Shown here: piece by piece, positions 46,008 to 62,457 of the stretch | How the letters are laid out: every line of letters starts with the position of its first letter | How positions within the stretch are numbered: position 1 is the stretch's first letter | DNA from: Rhodosorus marinus CCMP1338 | Lineage: Eukaryota > Plantae > Rhodophyta | Length of the DNA stretch: 64,000 nt | Direction of reading: 5' to 3' | NCBI GenBank assembly: GCA_029953675.1 | Contig: JAMWBK010000004.1 | Coordinates: 2,542,001 to 2,606,000 of the forward strand | Notes under the pieces: model-generated | What the model was told of the DNA's origin: nothing | The model's database searches: none | The model's input: the letters and a program-made list of their open reading frames with translations, nothing else | Translations under genes and position numbers: made by a program

Positions 46008-47250
46008 CTAATTCAGGTTTTCCTGTTCTCTGAGTGCAGACGGTGAGGAACGATCCGATGAGCTGGAGTGGGAGGTAACGATTCTGCGGAACTTTCTGTG
46101 CTTGTGGGTAGGAGTTTGATTTGGTGATGGTCCAGCTCCTTCCACGAGTGCCTTGAAGAAGCTATCGCTTTCCTCGAGAACCGAGGAAAGCCTCTCCGGT
46201 CCGGGGATTTCGCTCAACGCGGATTTCAGATTCCACAGGGCTTCCTCGCTTGGGTTCACCACTACCATCTTCAACGCCGGGGCCAGTCTCAGTACCCTTC
46301 TATAGTAGCTCACCGAGGCGCTCTGTTCGAAGCTAATACCGACCCAGAGGACTAGCTCGGCCTCTAACAGATCAGCTTTCAGCACATCCCATACATAGCT
46401 GCTCATATGGAAAGAGCCCTACTCAGTTGTTCTGGGTCGAATCGTCTCCGACCAAACAAGTCTCCGGCATTGCGCGAAAAGCTTTGAGCTCGCCCTAGCC
46501 TTCCATCGATTGATGATCAACTCACCTTGGAGTAATCAATTCACCATCGTGATCGTCGTAGAGCATAATTTTCGGACGAAGTGACTTCGAGCATTGACCG
46601 CACAGAATATCCTTCCCAGCCTTGAGCTTCTTCATGTCCGACAAGGAGAGGGTTTGGATATCCCCACAAGACACGCAGAGTGTATCCTGAAGATTACCGT
46701 GAAACTCGATGGTTTTCCCTGGGTGAGTGTCATAACACGGATCATCTACCGATTAGCTTAAGCTTACTAGCCTGGATTACGAGGGATGACCTGGGTAGAG
46801 GTACTCACCGGCAGGATTCTTAACTGGATCCCAGATACTGGCACCTGCTCGCGGTAATAGGCCGTCCACGTTGAGTGTTACGTGGCGTAGGATGGAAGCT
46901 TCTAGGTCCACGAGGCTGAAATGGGTCGATGTTGGGGACGCTGATCGAACTTCGAGGCCCAACTCTGCAAAGAACTGGATGGCTTCTTTGGTTCTTTTCC
47001 TATAAAACCGATCGGAAAACAGCGTCATTCCATCCTTGACCTTGAACTTCCTTCTCGCGCGATCGTAGAGACCCCCTTTCGAGGAGAACACAGACACACC
47101 ACTCGACACAGATATCCCTGCTCCAGTGAACACGATAACTTTTCCACGGCTCTTCTCATACAACGCCTTGAGCTCATCCACAGTCAAGGACCCATGTTTA
47201 CGACTATCACGGGCTCGCTTCGGGTACGCCTTCCTCTCCGGACCAATCAT
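46008..47250 (-). CDS. Sirtuin (SIR2-family NAD+-dependent enzyme), atypical motifs, 3 exons
   Basis: VIVFTGAGISVSSG, PTSTH, TLNVDGL, IEFHGN, CVSC...CGQC zinc knuckles, LRPKIMLYDD, LWVGISF, VVNP. Middle exon about 46525-46712 read by eye between GTGAGT donors and AG acceptors. Confidence 0.9.
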
Positions 47251-47638
47251 CGAACCATCGACTTCCTCTCATTCGTAAGTCCTTGAAAGAACCCCGATAC
47301 TGTACAGACGGCGCTCATACGGCACAGAAAACACCTAATCGATTCCTAATCTCGTTCAACTCAACAGAAAGCTTTATTTGTTCTTTCAACGTTGTCAGTC
47401 AGAACGTGGTCATCACCCGAAAACTTCCCGTTGATCAAAAATCTGTTTGAGGGTGCATGTGCAATCCAAATAACTGGTCCAAATCATTCAAATTGCTAAA
47501 CTCTAGCTTTCTTATCTCAATGCTTTTGTTTACTTTGTCGTTTAAAGCTACAGATTTCCGTTCACAACCAATCTTCTTCCTCCCTGAATGGATCCGGAGC
47601 ATTGGTGGTCTCAGGACGATTCCATTGGCGGTCAGGAG

Positions 47639-48438
47639 CTAGTCGATTGCTACGGCACACATTGAAGATTTGAAGCGTGATTTGTTATCATCATCGCCCT
47701 TTGTAAGCCTCGTGGCGTACGAGATGTAGACGAGCGCTTTGGCTTCCTTGTCCAAGATCCTGCGGACGTGAATGTTCTTGAACAAAAGGCTACGACTCTG
47801 GCTGAAGACTTCCTCCCCCTCTTTAGACTCACTGACATCCGGAGCGATCTTTAGCTTGGAGGTCTTCACGCAGGTCACTGAAGTCTAGCAGATAGGTAGT
47901 AGAATGCAAAATCATGTCCGGATCAGTAGCGATCTTCGTTAGAGCCGGTTGAACCTCATCCCATGCCTGCACGTCTGAGAAACTGACATTCAGCTTACCG
48001 ATGCAGGATCCGCGAAGAAATTGTTCTGAATCTTCTCTGTTATGGGTCGACTATAGTCAGATATGTACAATCGGACACCAGAGACTTTGGGGTCTTCGAA
48101 CTCGATCACATTTAAATAGTCCTGCACATGTTCACGAGCGGTCCTTGTTTTAGAGTCCAGAGCACATGACTAGAGCCTGAAAGTTTCTGGAGGTTCATCA
48201 CCTTCATGAATAGGCCAGAAGCTGGAATTGATGCTACATCACGCGCGGATGCAGGAAGCATCGGCAATGCAGCAGTACCAAGGCCGAGCAATCCAAGAAG
48301 CAGGTTCCGTCTGGAAATCTCCTCACCAGAGTCGCTGTGCATCTTCATCACGCCGCGGCGTCGGGCACACCATGACGAGCATTTTCCAGATTCTCCGAGC
48401 CTGGGATCCAGGCCAACGCTTACAAAACCACTAGACAT
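47639..48438 (-). CDS. creA: CreA-family protein with bipartite plastid/thylakoid-lumen (Tat) targeting sequence, 3 exons
   Basis: Spliced product: VIEFEDPKVSGVRLYIS...FADPASTSVTCVKT...GEEVFSQSRSLLFKNIHVRRILDKEAKALVYISY...KSSMCAV, collinear with bacterial CreA as remembered. N-terminus MSSGFV..., then SRRNLLLGLLGLG...ASA. Confidence 0.85.
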
Positions 48439-48933
48439 GACCAAATATTATGACAATCCGATGATTACTGATGCGATTCACGATGCAACATACACCTTCC
48501 CAAAGCTCCAATGGCGGTATAGAAATCGGATCTGGAGAGAAATCTCATTTCAATCTGCATGCGAAAACACGCTTAACACAGGTCCTTTTTTTTTTTACGG
48601 ATCGGGGCTGAACATGAACACGATTATGTGCAGACCTGAGAAATTCATAATAACTAATATCTTTACTATACGCTAAAAATGGGTTTTCTAGCGCACGACT
48701 TTCAGACTCGTCCAAATCAGTTTGAACCCCATCTTGGTTAGAAACCTTCTCAACCCCGGAATGGCCAGCACCGTAGTCAGATTCCGGAATGGTGGTGTGC
48801 CCGAGAGGGGGGTTGGAAGAGGGGGGGGACCGTCACGGATTAAGAACACTCAAGCGCGGAAGCTCGTAAACGCATGAAAACGCATAATACAGGTTTTGTC
48901 TAATAACACAATTATTATAGTGCCGGTCGATTC

Positions 48934-50999
48934 TTACACAACAGCTTCTTCTGGTGCGTTCGTTGCTTTGTACATGGAAGAAGCTTCTTCCTGCTTCTTT
49001 TCCAGATAGCTTGCAAACGATGTTTCCGGAGCTAGAAGGTTCAACCAAAGCGCATCAGAGCTTTCATCACTATCAATAACAACTGAGCGGACGTCCTCTC
49101 TCCCCGGGAGCTCGTACATGGCATCTAGCAGAGTGCTCTCCATGATCTGGCGAAGTCCTCGGGCTCCTGATGATCGTACAAGGAATAAAGTGCAAACCGT
49201 TAGGACCTCACGCCCTCCACAAGCTCAGGATAGAATGGGGTCTGACGTACCGGTCTTCTTCTGCAGTGCTTTGCCAGCAATCAAGCGAATTGCCTCCTCC
49301 GTACAATGCAGGTCCAAACCATCAAGCGCAAAAAGCTGTCTGTACTGCTTCAATATCGCATTACGAGGCTCTACCAATACAGACATGAGGTCATCAAGAT
49401 TCAAATGGTTGAGGTTGACCATAACCGGCAGGCGACCAACGAGCTCCGGGATTATTCCAAACGAAACAAGGTCCTATGCGACTCTCTAGGTTAGTTCACG
49501 AGAGACAGAAGTTAACACCTTATACGATAGAGCGTACCCCGCTCTCAACTTGATCAAGAAGCTCTTCGAGTCTTGGCGCATAGCGTGTGTTGTACGCCAT
49601 GTTTTGCTCGACTCTTCGCTCAATCACCGTCTCGAGACCAGCGAAGGAACCACCGCAGATGAACAGGATGTTGGTAGTGTCAATCTGTCCGACAAGTAAT
49701 TCGGTCGTCAGCGAGGAACCGAGTTGGCGGAACCAACCTGCTTTGAAGAGCTCTGTTCAAATTGTCTCTTACCGGGATGCATTCACCACGAGGATTTTTT
49801 CGTCCACCTTTCTCCGGTACATTCACAATGGTGCCCTCCATCATCTTTAAAAGTGCCTGTTGCACCCCTTCGCCAGATACATCTCTTGTTATGCTCATGT
49901 TAGCCATCTTCTTGGCGCATTTGTCGATCTCATCTATATAAACAACGCCCTTCTGCGCTAAGGGCACATTGAAATCCGCCGCTTGCAATAATTTATAAAG
50001 TATTCCTTCGACATCTTCGCCGACGTAGCCTAACCGAATCAAACCAAGACATGGGACGTTAAATTTCAAGTTGGGCAAAACAAGCTCGAGGACTGGTTCA
50101 AGGGAGGCTGGCCAAGGCCGTGGACATGTGATTCCTGGAGATAGTGGCTGTCGGGCTGGCTAACCTGCTTGGGTTAATGTGGTCGCGTCGACTAGGACAA
50201 ATGGCACTCGCATGTGCCTCGCAAGACAGCGAGCTAGCAAAGTCTTCCCCGTGCCGGTTGGCCCCATGATGAGAATATTGCTCTTCTCCAGTTCGACACC
50301 ATTTATCGTCGGCAGCTCTGTCACTGGGTTCTGTAGCGTCGTCACGGAAACTCCGGAGTCATAAGAGTAGCTCTGGTAGCGCGGTCGATCCCTCATCCTT
50401 TTTGGGGCAAGTGAAATCTTGAGAGTTAGTAATCCTGCTTGGTGGATTACGCAGACAGGAGCCAGTCCTGTTACTGGCCAGGAACTTTTCGCTCACCATA
50501 AGCTGTCGCCAGAATGTCTCTTTGTTACTGGCTCTCTGTTGACGTCTGCCAAGCCCTGGCTGCTAACGTCAACAATCGCCGAAGTTGATTGCACCTCATG
50601 CCCAGAAGGTGACCCCGTTTTTTCTTTACCGCAGTTTTTCCCAACGTCAATCAACGTAACTCTCTTGTAGTGATTATACACAGCAACAGACAGCACCTTC
50701 TTAGCCTTGTCCTGTCCAACAACGTAATCGTCGAGCCCTTCCCGGATGCTCTTCGGCATGGGCAACAAAGAAATCGCCTCCTTCACTGGGTCCAGTTCTC
50801 CTGTCACTTTCTTCTTTTCAGCCTCCTCCTTTGCATCTGACCTCGCTTTCGACGCCGCAGTTTTCTTCACCGCCGCACTAGCACCCCCCGATGCAGCAGT
50901 AGCACCCCCTCCATTCGCCGACGACAGCGCCAAATACCTCCTCCCCAACCCCAAAGCACTACCCCCGGCGTAAGCTCTCTGAAGCTTCGCTAGATACAT
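48934..50999 (-). CDS. clpX: ATP-dependent Clp protease ATP-binding subunit ClpX, probably mitochondrial, multi-exon
   Basis: [102 protein letters not shown]. Basic presequence and no C4 zinc-binding domain. Confidence 0.97.
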
Positions 51000-52407
51000 T
51001 TTACGAAAACTTCACCAAAACGAACCCCAAACAAAACCAAACAGAAACCAAAGAAATCCAAGACACAAAACGTCAACACCAGAGGACCGAGCAACGACCT
51101 AAACTGAAACAAGAAACCTTCCCATGACCCTTAACAAATACAGCCCCACCTAACAAGCGCGCTCCTCCTCCTCAATGTTTCATACTCGCAGCACCCCATC
51201 TCCCCCATCTCCGCTCTCCCCACCCACACATTATAAGAAACATGATCTTCTTCCTCAAAACTCACAACAACAAAAAACCCTTTCATCCCACCCCCTACCA
51301 GGTAACATTTGACTCCAAAACTATTTTATTTTGGCCCGCGATGGACATGAAAAATTAAATAAATTTTCTGGCCAAGATTAAGCTGGACACTGCTTTGGCC
51401 AACAAAAACTAAATACAAAACATAATTTACAATATCAAATCTGATACGTTGCATAAGTGTGAGTGATATTTGGGTCGAAACATGAATCCATGAAAAATTC
51501 GGGAAATAATTCTAGATCTCATATTTTTGGTTTGTTTCGTAGGGGGGGGGGAAATCTTCATGCTTCAGATGGCGGACATATGAGGAAGGTTGTGATTTCC
51601 TTTTCAGAAATACCCCTAGGATGAGAACACCTTGCTTAGAATTTATGTAGGATTTCTTACGGGTTAGGTATTGGTGTTGTTGCGAACTATGCTTAAATTT
51701 GTTTTGTCATTTCAGCGATACCGGAATATTGGAGTTGTGGAGGCAGGGTTGGGAAACTTTTTTCTGGGTTTTGCATGTACTTTGAGTATGGGTTAGGGGG
51801 TGGGATAGTTCGGAAGATTGGTTTTCAGGAAATCTGGAATGGATGTGCCCGGTTGGGTCTGGCAAAACGACATAACTAAATTATAGAGTTGACGATAATA
51901 ATCGAACGAGGTGGGTTTCCGTGGGCGAAGGAGGGAGGAGTGCGGAGTGCGGAGTTACCTGGAACTATCTTTCGTTTTATCCGGTGGTGTGGCTTTCCTG
52001 AGGATATCTGCGCTCACTGTTTACTCATCGTTTCAACTAGATACCCACACTCTTACGAAAAGCAAGCGTACTCAGAAGTCTCTGCGACTGTGTCGGAAGC
52101 AGATACCGCGGTTCACATCTACTTTTAACACCGGTGCAGGATTGCTCACGACGAGAGCTCTGGCACAGGAAATTGGTCATTAACTGCAGAGGCTGATGAA
52201 CAGATACCATTCCTCATCAGAACGTGGAACTCGCTGTCTTTGTTGACTTTGGCCTTGCTCCGGGTTCAGCTCAGTAGCTCAATCGAGGTCAGCAGGAGAC
52301 TGCAAGAAAACCCAGCGTGGAAAAGCTCGGCATGGTAGGATGAAATAGCCTCTGGAAGGTTTAAGACGGATGCAACTCTTTGGGTTTTGTTCAGAGCCAT
52401 CTTGTGC

Positions 52408-53485
52408 TCAGCTCTGTCGAAAAACCTCATCCAACTGGAACTCAGACTTAATAGAGGCCGATCAGCGTAGTGAACAATGACGTGAGGAACGTGATGGAGA
52501 ACTGTCAGCAGCGCCCTGAAAGAGCCAAATGAATCAAGTACATGGAGGAGTCAATAGCTCACGGGCCTCTCATTGAATCGAATCAGTAGGTCATAGTTGC
52601 GCTCCGCACCGAGGTACCATTTCTTCAAGTCCGCAAGCAGCCTAGTGGACACATGAGAAAGTTCATTAAGATAACCAGGTTTTGCAGTACGGATTCGAGA
52701 TTGCGTACTTGGATGAGCCGCTCTTCGACAATCGATCAGTGAATACTTCTCCACGAACAAGCGCAACATTTTTAGTTTTGACAAGGTCGTCGAACAAGGA
52801 GACGATCATATACGGTGCCGCGGCTCCGCCCAATCTGAAAAGCATGCGGAGTATCGAGGCGAAACAAGCTATGGGCTTTAGACATCGAGAGTAGCATACG
52901 TCTTGAGTTAGGGAAAGTATACCTCTTGTAGTCATCCAAGTATGTGATTAAGCAGTGCTTGTCTTGCCACTGAACAAAAACCATGAAATGTCCGGTTCGT
53001 TTAGTACTGGTCGAGAAGAAGCGGGGAAGAGCGCAAAATTTACAATAGTTTCTCAGCTGTCGGAGAAGAGCCGGTCTTTCTTCCACTGTTGATCCGTACT
53101 CACTTATACACGGGCAAAACAAAGAGAGGACATCGCTGTGCTCTCTGCATCAATGTCTGCAGAGAATAGAATAGAAGTCAACTACTATTTCAGCCCGTGA
53201 AATCAGTGTTCAGAAATCCCAGATATGACTCAAACCTACACCATACTGGGAGGGAGTCAGCACATCTCCGATCGCCGTCTTTTGCTCGGCATGATGCAAT
53301 TTCCAGATCTCCGAAACGCGTTCCGGACTCTCCTTGTCGAGCAAGGGCAGTTTAGCTATATTTCTCAAGGCTCTCGGACCAGGAAAATTAAATCCATCGA
53401 GAGATGAGGTCGCCTTGGTGGCCATCCATCGCGAGTAGAGCGCTCCTGACAAACTCCAAAAACGCGTACTTTTCGCAAATAACAT
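52408..53485 (-). CDS. ATP11: ATP11 / ATPAF1 mitochondrial F1-ATPase assembly factor, multi-exon
   Basis: Presequence MLFAKSTRFWSL..., then FNFPGPRALRNIAKLPLL...SEIWKLHH, FVQWQDKHCLITYLDDYK, AAAPYMIVSLFDDL..TKNVALVRGEV, KWYL...LLIRFNERPSEFQLDEV*. Confidence 0.88.
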
Positions 53486-54041
53486 AGTTACGACTGCGGT
53501 GCAGATCCGTTCCTTACGACCACCTCCGACCAAACATTTCCAGCGAGCCGGATGCCGATCGTCTGGTTTCTCTCATGGAGAGAGCATGCTGCGCCGTCTG
53601 TGGCTCCTGCGTCAAGATGATTGGGTTTGCGGTGTTTTGGTACAGAAGGTGGCTTTGACGGTGATGGTGACTGGCACAATTCTAGTTTTAGAAAGGAGAG
53701 CACGGATGCATTGGAGCATACTGATCAGGACTTTCCTTGATCGCCTGGACATGTCTCGGAGCGGTGACGTACATTTTGTCGGGGGACGATACCAGATTTA
53801 TGAGGAATCCTTATTTATAATGTATAATGTTAATAAAGAACCAATATCTTCTACGAATTCACAATATGAGAAGGGGAATATTCACCCTGTCCATTCTCAC
53901 CCTCCATCGTCTTCTCGTTTGGCGCCTGTCGTTTCGCCGGGGGAGCCTGAGTGTTTGAGTTAAAGTATTGGTAAGAATAGTTCGGGAGCAGTTGCGCCTG
54001 TGCGGGAAAGCCAGCCTGCGTGATGGAGAGCCATTGTGTAT

Positions 54042-55577
54042 TCAGCCAGGGTCTTGTAGGAGTGAAATTTTAACCGGTCTATTTACCAGTTGTGCTGCTG
54101 CTGCTGCAGGCATGAACCCATACATGGCCGGAAGCGCGAACTGGTACTGCATCGGGTTAACCTGGGGCTCAATCTGTTCGGACAGAAAAGATGATTCAAC
54201 AAGGATAGCTCTGGAAAACCATGGCATTCTACTACGATGTGCGTGCTACTCACCTGCTCTGTTGCCCATTCAATTCTAATAGGCTTCACGTTGTTCAACG
54301 ACGCAACATGCTGACCACCCAGTGCGTTCTTTGCATTCATCGCACTCTCTCGTGTCCTGAACCGAACGAACGCAAAGCCTTTCCTCTGCACTGGTAACCG
54401 TACTGCAATGAGCTCGCCGAAAACTGAGAACTCTCTCCACAAGTCCGCCTCCTGCAAGTAGGGTCCTGTTCCGCCTAAAAATAATGTCGTGTTGTTTGGA
54501 TCCCCAGGGGCTATTGGATTTCGGGGTCTCTTGCCACTGGCTCCAGCCTAGACGAAGTTCAGAAGATGCTTTCGGTTAGATGACGGCGGGGAGTCTCGGA
54601 TGTTGCCCGCAAAGACTGCATGCCACGTACCCCTCCGCCCCTAGAGGATCCATAGTTTGAAGAATTTCGCCTGTCCCCTCTGGAAGGCTTTGGGCGATTC
54701 GCGAGATTCAGGTGGACCTTTTTGCCTTCCAACTCAAATCCATCCATCTCCGATACGGCTCTTTCCGACTCCTGGGCAGAGCCGAATCTCACAAACGCGT
54801 AGCCCTTCGGATTTCCGTTGTCATCACAAACGACCTTCGCGTGTCGCACTGATGGATACCTGCGAGTACAGTGAAACAAAGGTTTGAGGTGATCGATGAG
54901 CTCGTCAGGCGTTCCTTTTTGTCATGAGCAGTCGTAGACCCCAAGCGAAAATAAACACGAACGTTCCCAAGCCAGTAACTTACTTGGCTTTAAATAATTG
55001 CATCAAAGCAAAATCTGTCACACTCGGCGCCACATCTCCGACGTATACATTGGCCTCGATTCCACTTCTTTGTGGCCCTTCCTTCCCGAGGTTTAAGCGC
55101 CATATTCTCGTCGTACCCGGAATTGGAGTTCCGTTCCCTGTCTCCATGATTGTCCGTGCAGCTTCCTCTGAGATACAGTCGAAAAATGCGTACCCTGCAT
55201 GTGTCCTATTCCCATGGTTTCTAGTAACCTAGAGGTATGATCGGGAATCTGAATGTTAGCTTTAATTCGTTACACTTTCCGTGTGAAGGTTAACAAGAAG
55301 AAGTCTGAGGCATCAGTCTCACCACTTTGATACGCGCAATTTGATTACCCCATCCACAACTATTGACAGCCTTCCTCAAAAAATCCTCATCCATATACCC
55401 ATCCAAGTCTCCGACCCACATGGAAGTCTCTTGTGCAAATCTTTCATTGTTCTGACATGATCCAAGCCCATTTCCATCTCCGTGAACGCCCCTTGCGGGT
55501 CCATCCCTCTCGCTAATTTGCATACCAGTGTCATCGTTGCTGTCGTACGGCACTGTGTTATCCCCCGAAGTCTCCAT
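54042..55577 (-). CDS. Three-RRM RNA-binding protein (RBP45/47, Nam8/Ngr1, TRNAU1AP-like), multi-exon
   Basis: SMWVGDLDGYMDEDFL, GYAFFD, WRLN, VYVGDVAPSVTD, RYPSVRHAKVV...KGYAFVRF, DPNNTTLFLGG, KGFAFVRF, IRIEWA. Confidence 0.9.
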
Positions 55578-55834
55578 TCGAGGGTTCAGCCAGCTGTACT
55601 ACCCTTTGTAGTTCGATAGCCCTAAGTCCTTGTACAACAGAAAAGGAGGCCAACCAACACGCTTTTGAAGTCGAACGGCAGTACTCCACTCCTTCCGTAA
55701 TCGTCTTAAAACCAAACCCTGTGACCAGGATCGCTTCAGTATCCAAGCCAGATAAATACAAAGTACTAACCGTGCGTATCCGCTCCCCCTTCTCAATCCC
55801 ACCTAGCACACCAGCACACGCAATGTGCCGTTGC

Positions 55835-55837
<3 letters not shown>

Positions 55838-55889
<52 letters not shown>
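55838..55889. repeat. (AC)26 microsatellite upstream of the RRM gene
   Basis: Perfect AC run directly visible. Confidence 0.98.
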
Positions 55890-55893
<4 letters not shown>

Positions 55894-58205
55894 ACCAAAA
55901 AAAGCGGCAAAAGTAATGAAGCTCTGTTCAAAACTACTAATTCCAGACACCCAAAATTGTCGTTCCCCTCCTACGATCAAATGCCTCCCCTACCACCACC
56001 TCCTCATGCTCCTCCTCCTCAAACTACTAACACTGGAATTTCCCAAACCTCGACTGCAAAGACCTCACATCCACGACTACAATTATGAACAAGAGAGAAG
56101 TCCCATGGAAAAAACTATAAAACTCACCTTCCTCATGACCCCCTCCCCCCTCCCCTTTCTTCCATTCCGCCTTGACCAGGAAATCAGGAAAATATATATA
56201 ATCACTTGGACAATGAGGAGTTTGCAATGTGTAATTCCGCTTTGCCAAACCCCCCTAAAAAGGAGACACTCCTAGAAGGGCAGAGACCTTCTCAAAACCT
56301 ACAAAACACCAAAAACGCCAAGATCAATTTTTAACAGATTTGGAAAAAACACGAAACAAACAAAAAGAAAAGAAATATTTGGCAACTTGCACTCATCCAT
56401 TATGACCCATTTGGTTCAAAACACGCCAGAAAAGAAATCCAATTCAACAAAGTAAGGCGAAAACCTGGTACACTGGGAAAAAACAAACGAAATGCTCCGA
56501 AGGCTGTGTTTGAGTGTCAAACTAGGTTTATTTTTCATTTATATGTATTATGAAAGATATATTGTATATTGTAGTGTTTTAATTATGTAATAATTTAATT
56601 ATTATTACTTTTTGTTTTAGTGTATAGTATTTAGTGTACGTGAGAGTGACAGTGAAAGAGTTCGATGATCCTCTTTGAATATAGGACTCATAGGTTTGGG
56701 AAACTTTGTATAGGCCTTTGAAAAATCGTATTGATACAAAATATGTTATGCTCAAATTATTGCAAGGATGGCTGAGTAGAAAGTTGTATAACAGGTCATG
56801 TAATTGTTGAGTTTTAGGGGTAGGGTTGGAAAGGGTTCTTTATAATGATGAAAGTCCATTCATAGAGCTTCATTTTCTATATAAAAATTGGGAAATGAGG
56901 AAGAATGGGCGATATGCTCCCCCCTTGCGAACGGGGCAGTAAATTTTCCCTCCCTGCATGTGCCTGCCCTCACAAAAATTTAGCGTGATTCATAAGCGGC
57001 ATAAGAGGGACTGGTTTTTTAGAATATTTCAAAGAAGGATGAGATATGCTTATTTATCAAATGTCACGTCTTAGGGGGGTTCATGACGAGGGCAAACTTT
57101 TCTGTCCAGAAATTTCCTCTTCCGAATCTGCTATCCCTACCCCCCCTTTTTTCTTTCGGACGAGTTGGTATTAACCTTTTTGTTGAAAATTATGTAAAAT
57201 ATCTGACCGCGACCTATCGCGTAGGTACCCAATGTAAAACGGATTCTCCATGTTAGTATCCAAGAATTTCTTTTACTGAACATGTACTAGGGGTTTCTTA
57301 CACTGTCGATTTGGTTGCAAATTTTGCAAATATTTTTTTATTTTGACTTGGTAACCCCCAACTTCAAAATGTAAACAAAAAACTGGGATGAGGTAGCAGC
57401 CTGGAACCTCGCGTTAGGTGTGCTCGAGAAACTGGGCCATTAAGAAAAGAACAAATTTTAGATTTTTCGCTTTTATGTCGGAATATTGAAGGGATTACGT
57501 AAGTTCTGTTTTAGAGCCATAATACTGCGTTGACTGATGTCGTTGAGGTGGAGGGGGGAGACATAATATATCATAAATTTCCCATGTCTTTATTGGACGG
57601 TTTTATTAAGGCTTTTACAAACCATATTTCATCGGGGGTTGGGGGAGGCAAGCGCTCATGAACGTTTGAGATTTCCGTACATTTGGGAATATTGAAGTTT
57701 GAACGGCGGATTAATAGAATTTGATCCTCAGGACTTCGCCCACCTTATAGGGCCCTTTGGCACATTTGGTTGGCGTGGAGGCGTCCTGCAGATTGATCGA
57801 TGGAAAGGACCCGAGAAGTTCTCCGTGTCGTGAGCTAGCGTGCTAGATGGAATTATTTTTTTTGTTTTTTTAAAACCATCGTCCACAGGTCAATGACGTT
57901 GTTCTTATTTGTTCGTTCTGTTCATATCAAGAATCAAGGCCTAGGCGTCCGTCCCCGAGGAATTAACAGATCTCTTTCGGCTAATGCCGATGGATTTGCA
58001 GGCATAGGATCCATCTCGACCTGATAAGCAGTACCAGAAAATCGACGGAGGAATTCTTAGGCAATCATTTTTCGCGCAGACGTATAATGAAAAGTCGAAT
58101 AGACAGTTCATCTTCCTGCATTGTTCTTCTATGTTCGGAGGTAGTCTGTTCGCCCTCGTGTCAGTTGTTCGATGGCATAGTCTTCACTTCCTTGACGTTC
58201 TTCGT

Positions 58206-61183
<2,978 letters not shown>

Positions 61184-61446
61184 GGCCTTTCGACAATCCT
61201 CAGACGCCAAAATTCTCCCAAGGCAGATCCAAAGGCAAAAACAAGAGTTACCTGTTCAAGAAAGAACAAACCATCTAACAAATAAATAAGAAAACCTTTG
61301 CGTCTTTGCAAGGATTGCCTCGAGGAGATAACAAAAGTCGTTTAAGCTCGTGGATACTATAGGCTCTATTGTCCCTCCCACAAAGTGCGCGGGTCACCGA
61401 CGCAACATCTTAAGTACGCTGGAAGACGAGCAAGAGTTGGGCGGCA

Positions 61447-62455
61447 ATGAAGACGACTTTGACAGCATTTGAGAAGAGGCTCCACAGTTTGGAAGTAGTT
61501 AGCGGTCGTACGCTCGTAGCAATTGAACATTTAGATTTTCGAAAGGAATCAACGCTAGGTCGTTAATGGATACGTGATGTGCGTGCGGCGACCCGGTCTA
61601 TAGGTTGGAGTAGTCACCGGGCTCTTCTCCGTGCGTTTTCACGGCCAACGACGTCATCTGAAAAGTCTTCCGGCTGCCGAGGGAGACGAATCGGTATTCG
61701 ATTGTATGGCAGGTCCTTTAGAAGACCACCATTTCATGTTTCGAGTTTGGTTCCACTTCAGCAGCATTTTTAAGTTTTCGCGTGGAAACAAGAAGCCAAT
61801 GTCGACAGTTAAACTACTTGTGAACTGCGAGTGAGATCTATGATTTCTTCAGAAGGGGTTTGGAGTAGGTAATTGCATCGCGACCGCACTGCAGCCTCCA
61901 ATACGACTTCACAATGAAGAACCGCTCCTCGGAGCAGGTTGAAAGGCGGAAGCCTGAGTAAAAATCTAGTATGCGCTACCAACCAAACAAAGTGAAGTGG
62001 CCATATAGCGACAGGATCCAGAATCAAATTTTCCATCAACTCGGATAGCTACTTTCCGTTTCTAGAACGCCTTGAGGCGGTGGACTCGACAACTCTCAAC
62101 GAGAATAAAATCCAAGTCTAGAAGTTATCGCTCCAACGTCTCGGCGACGGAACGCTCCTGCTTGTGGTACTGGCAGCCAGTTCTTTGTAGAATCTTCTTC
62201 TACGAGAAAGAATTTGATCCCGCAAAGACCTTAAGCCTTGAGCGCACAAGTGCAAGAGCTACGAAGCTTAAGCGCCGACATTCTCAAAGGCTTAAATCCA
62301 TGGTGAAGAAGGTTGACAGTGACGTTGAAGAGGGACTGCAAACCTTGCAAGTCGACAGCGTTCAGGAGGAAATCGAAACGCTACATGTCTCGAGGATAAA
62401 TGATGTGAGAAGAGGTAGCTTGCAAGGAACAGCAGATGGTGAGTTGGGACGTTAA
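61447..62455 (+). CDS. Hypothetical multi-exon protein(s) directly upstream of DPH4 (model unresolved)
   Basis: Three consecutive GT-AG introns keep a frame from ATG 61447 to about 61961. A separate open frame 62072-62455 is charged and protein-like ([12 protein letters not shown]...VEEGLQTLQ). The two parts could not be joined confidently. Confidence 0.35.
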
Positions 62456-62457
62456 AT

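Noticed and set aside
51843-51875. MCPVGSGKTT P-loop-like peptide
   Set aside because: Immediately followed by TAA with no NTPase context; consistent with chance.
55558-56088. ORFs with CVCVCV or THTHTH runs
   Set aside because: They are translations of the (AC)26 microsatellite, not proteins.
57640-57830. Minus-strand peptides KGPYKV and INPPF resembling a gypsy integrase C-terminus
   Set aside because: Matches are only 4-6 residues in different frames, with no other retroelement landmark.
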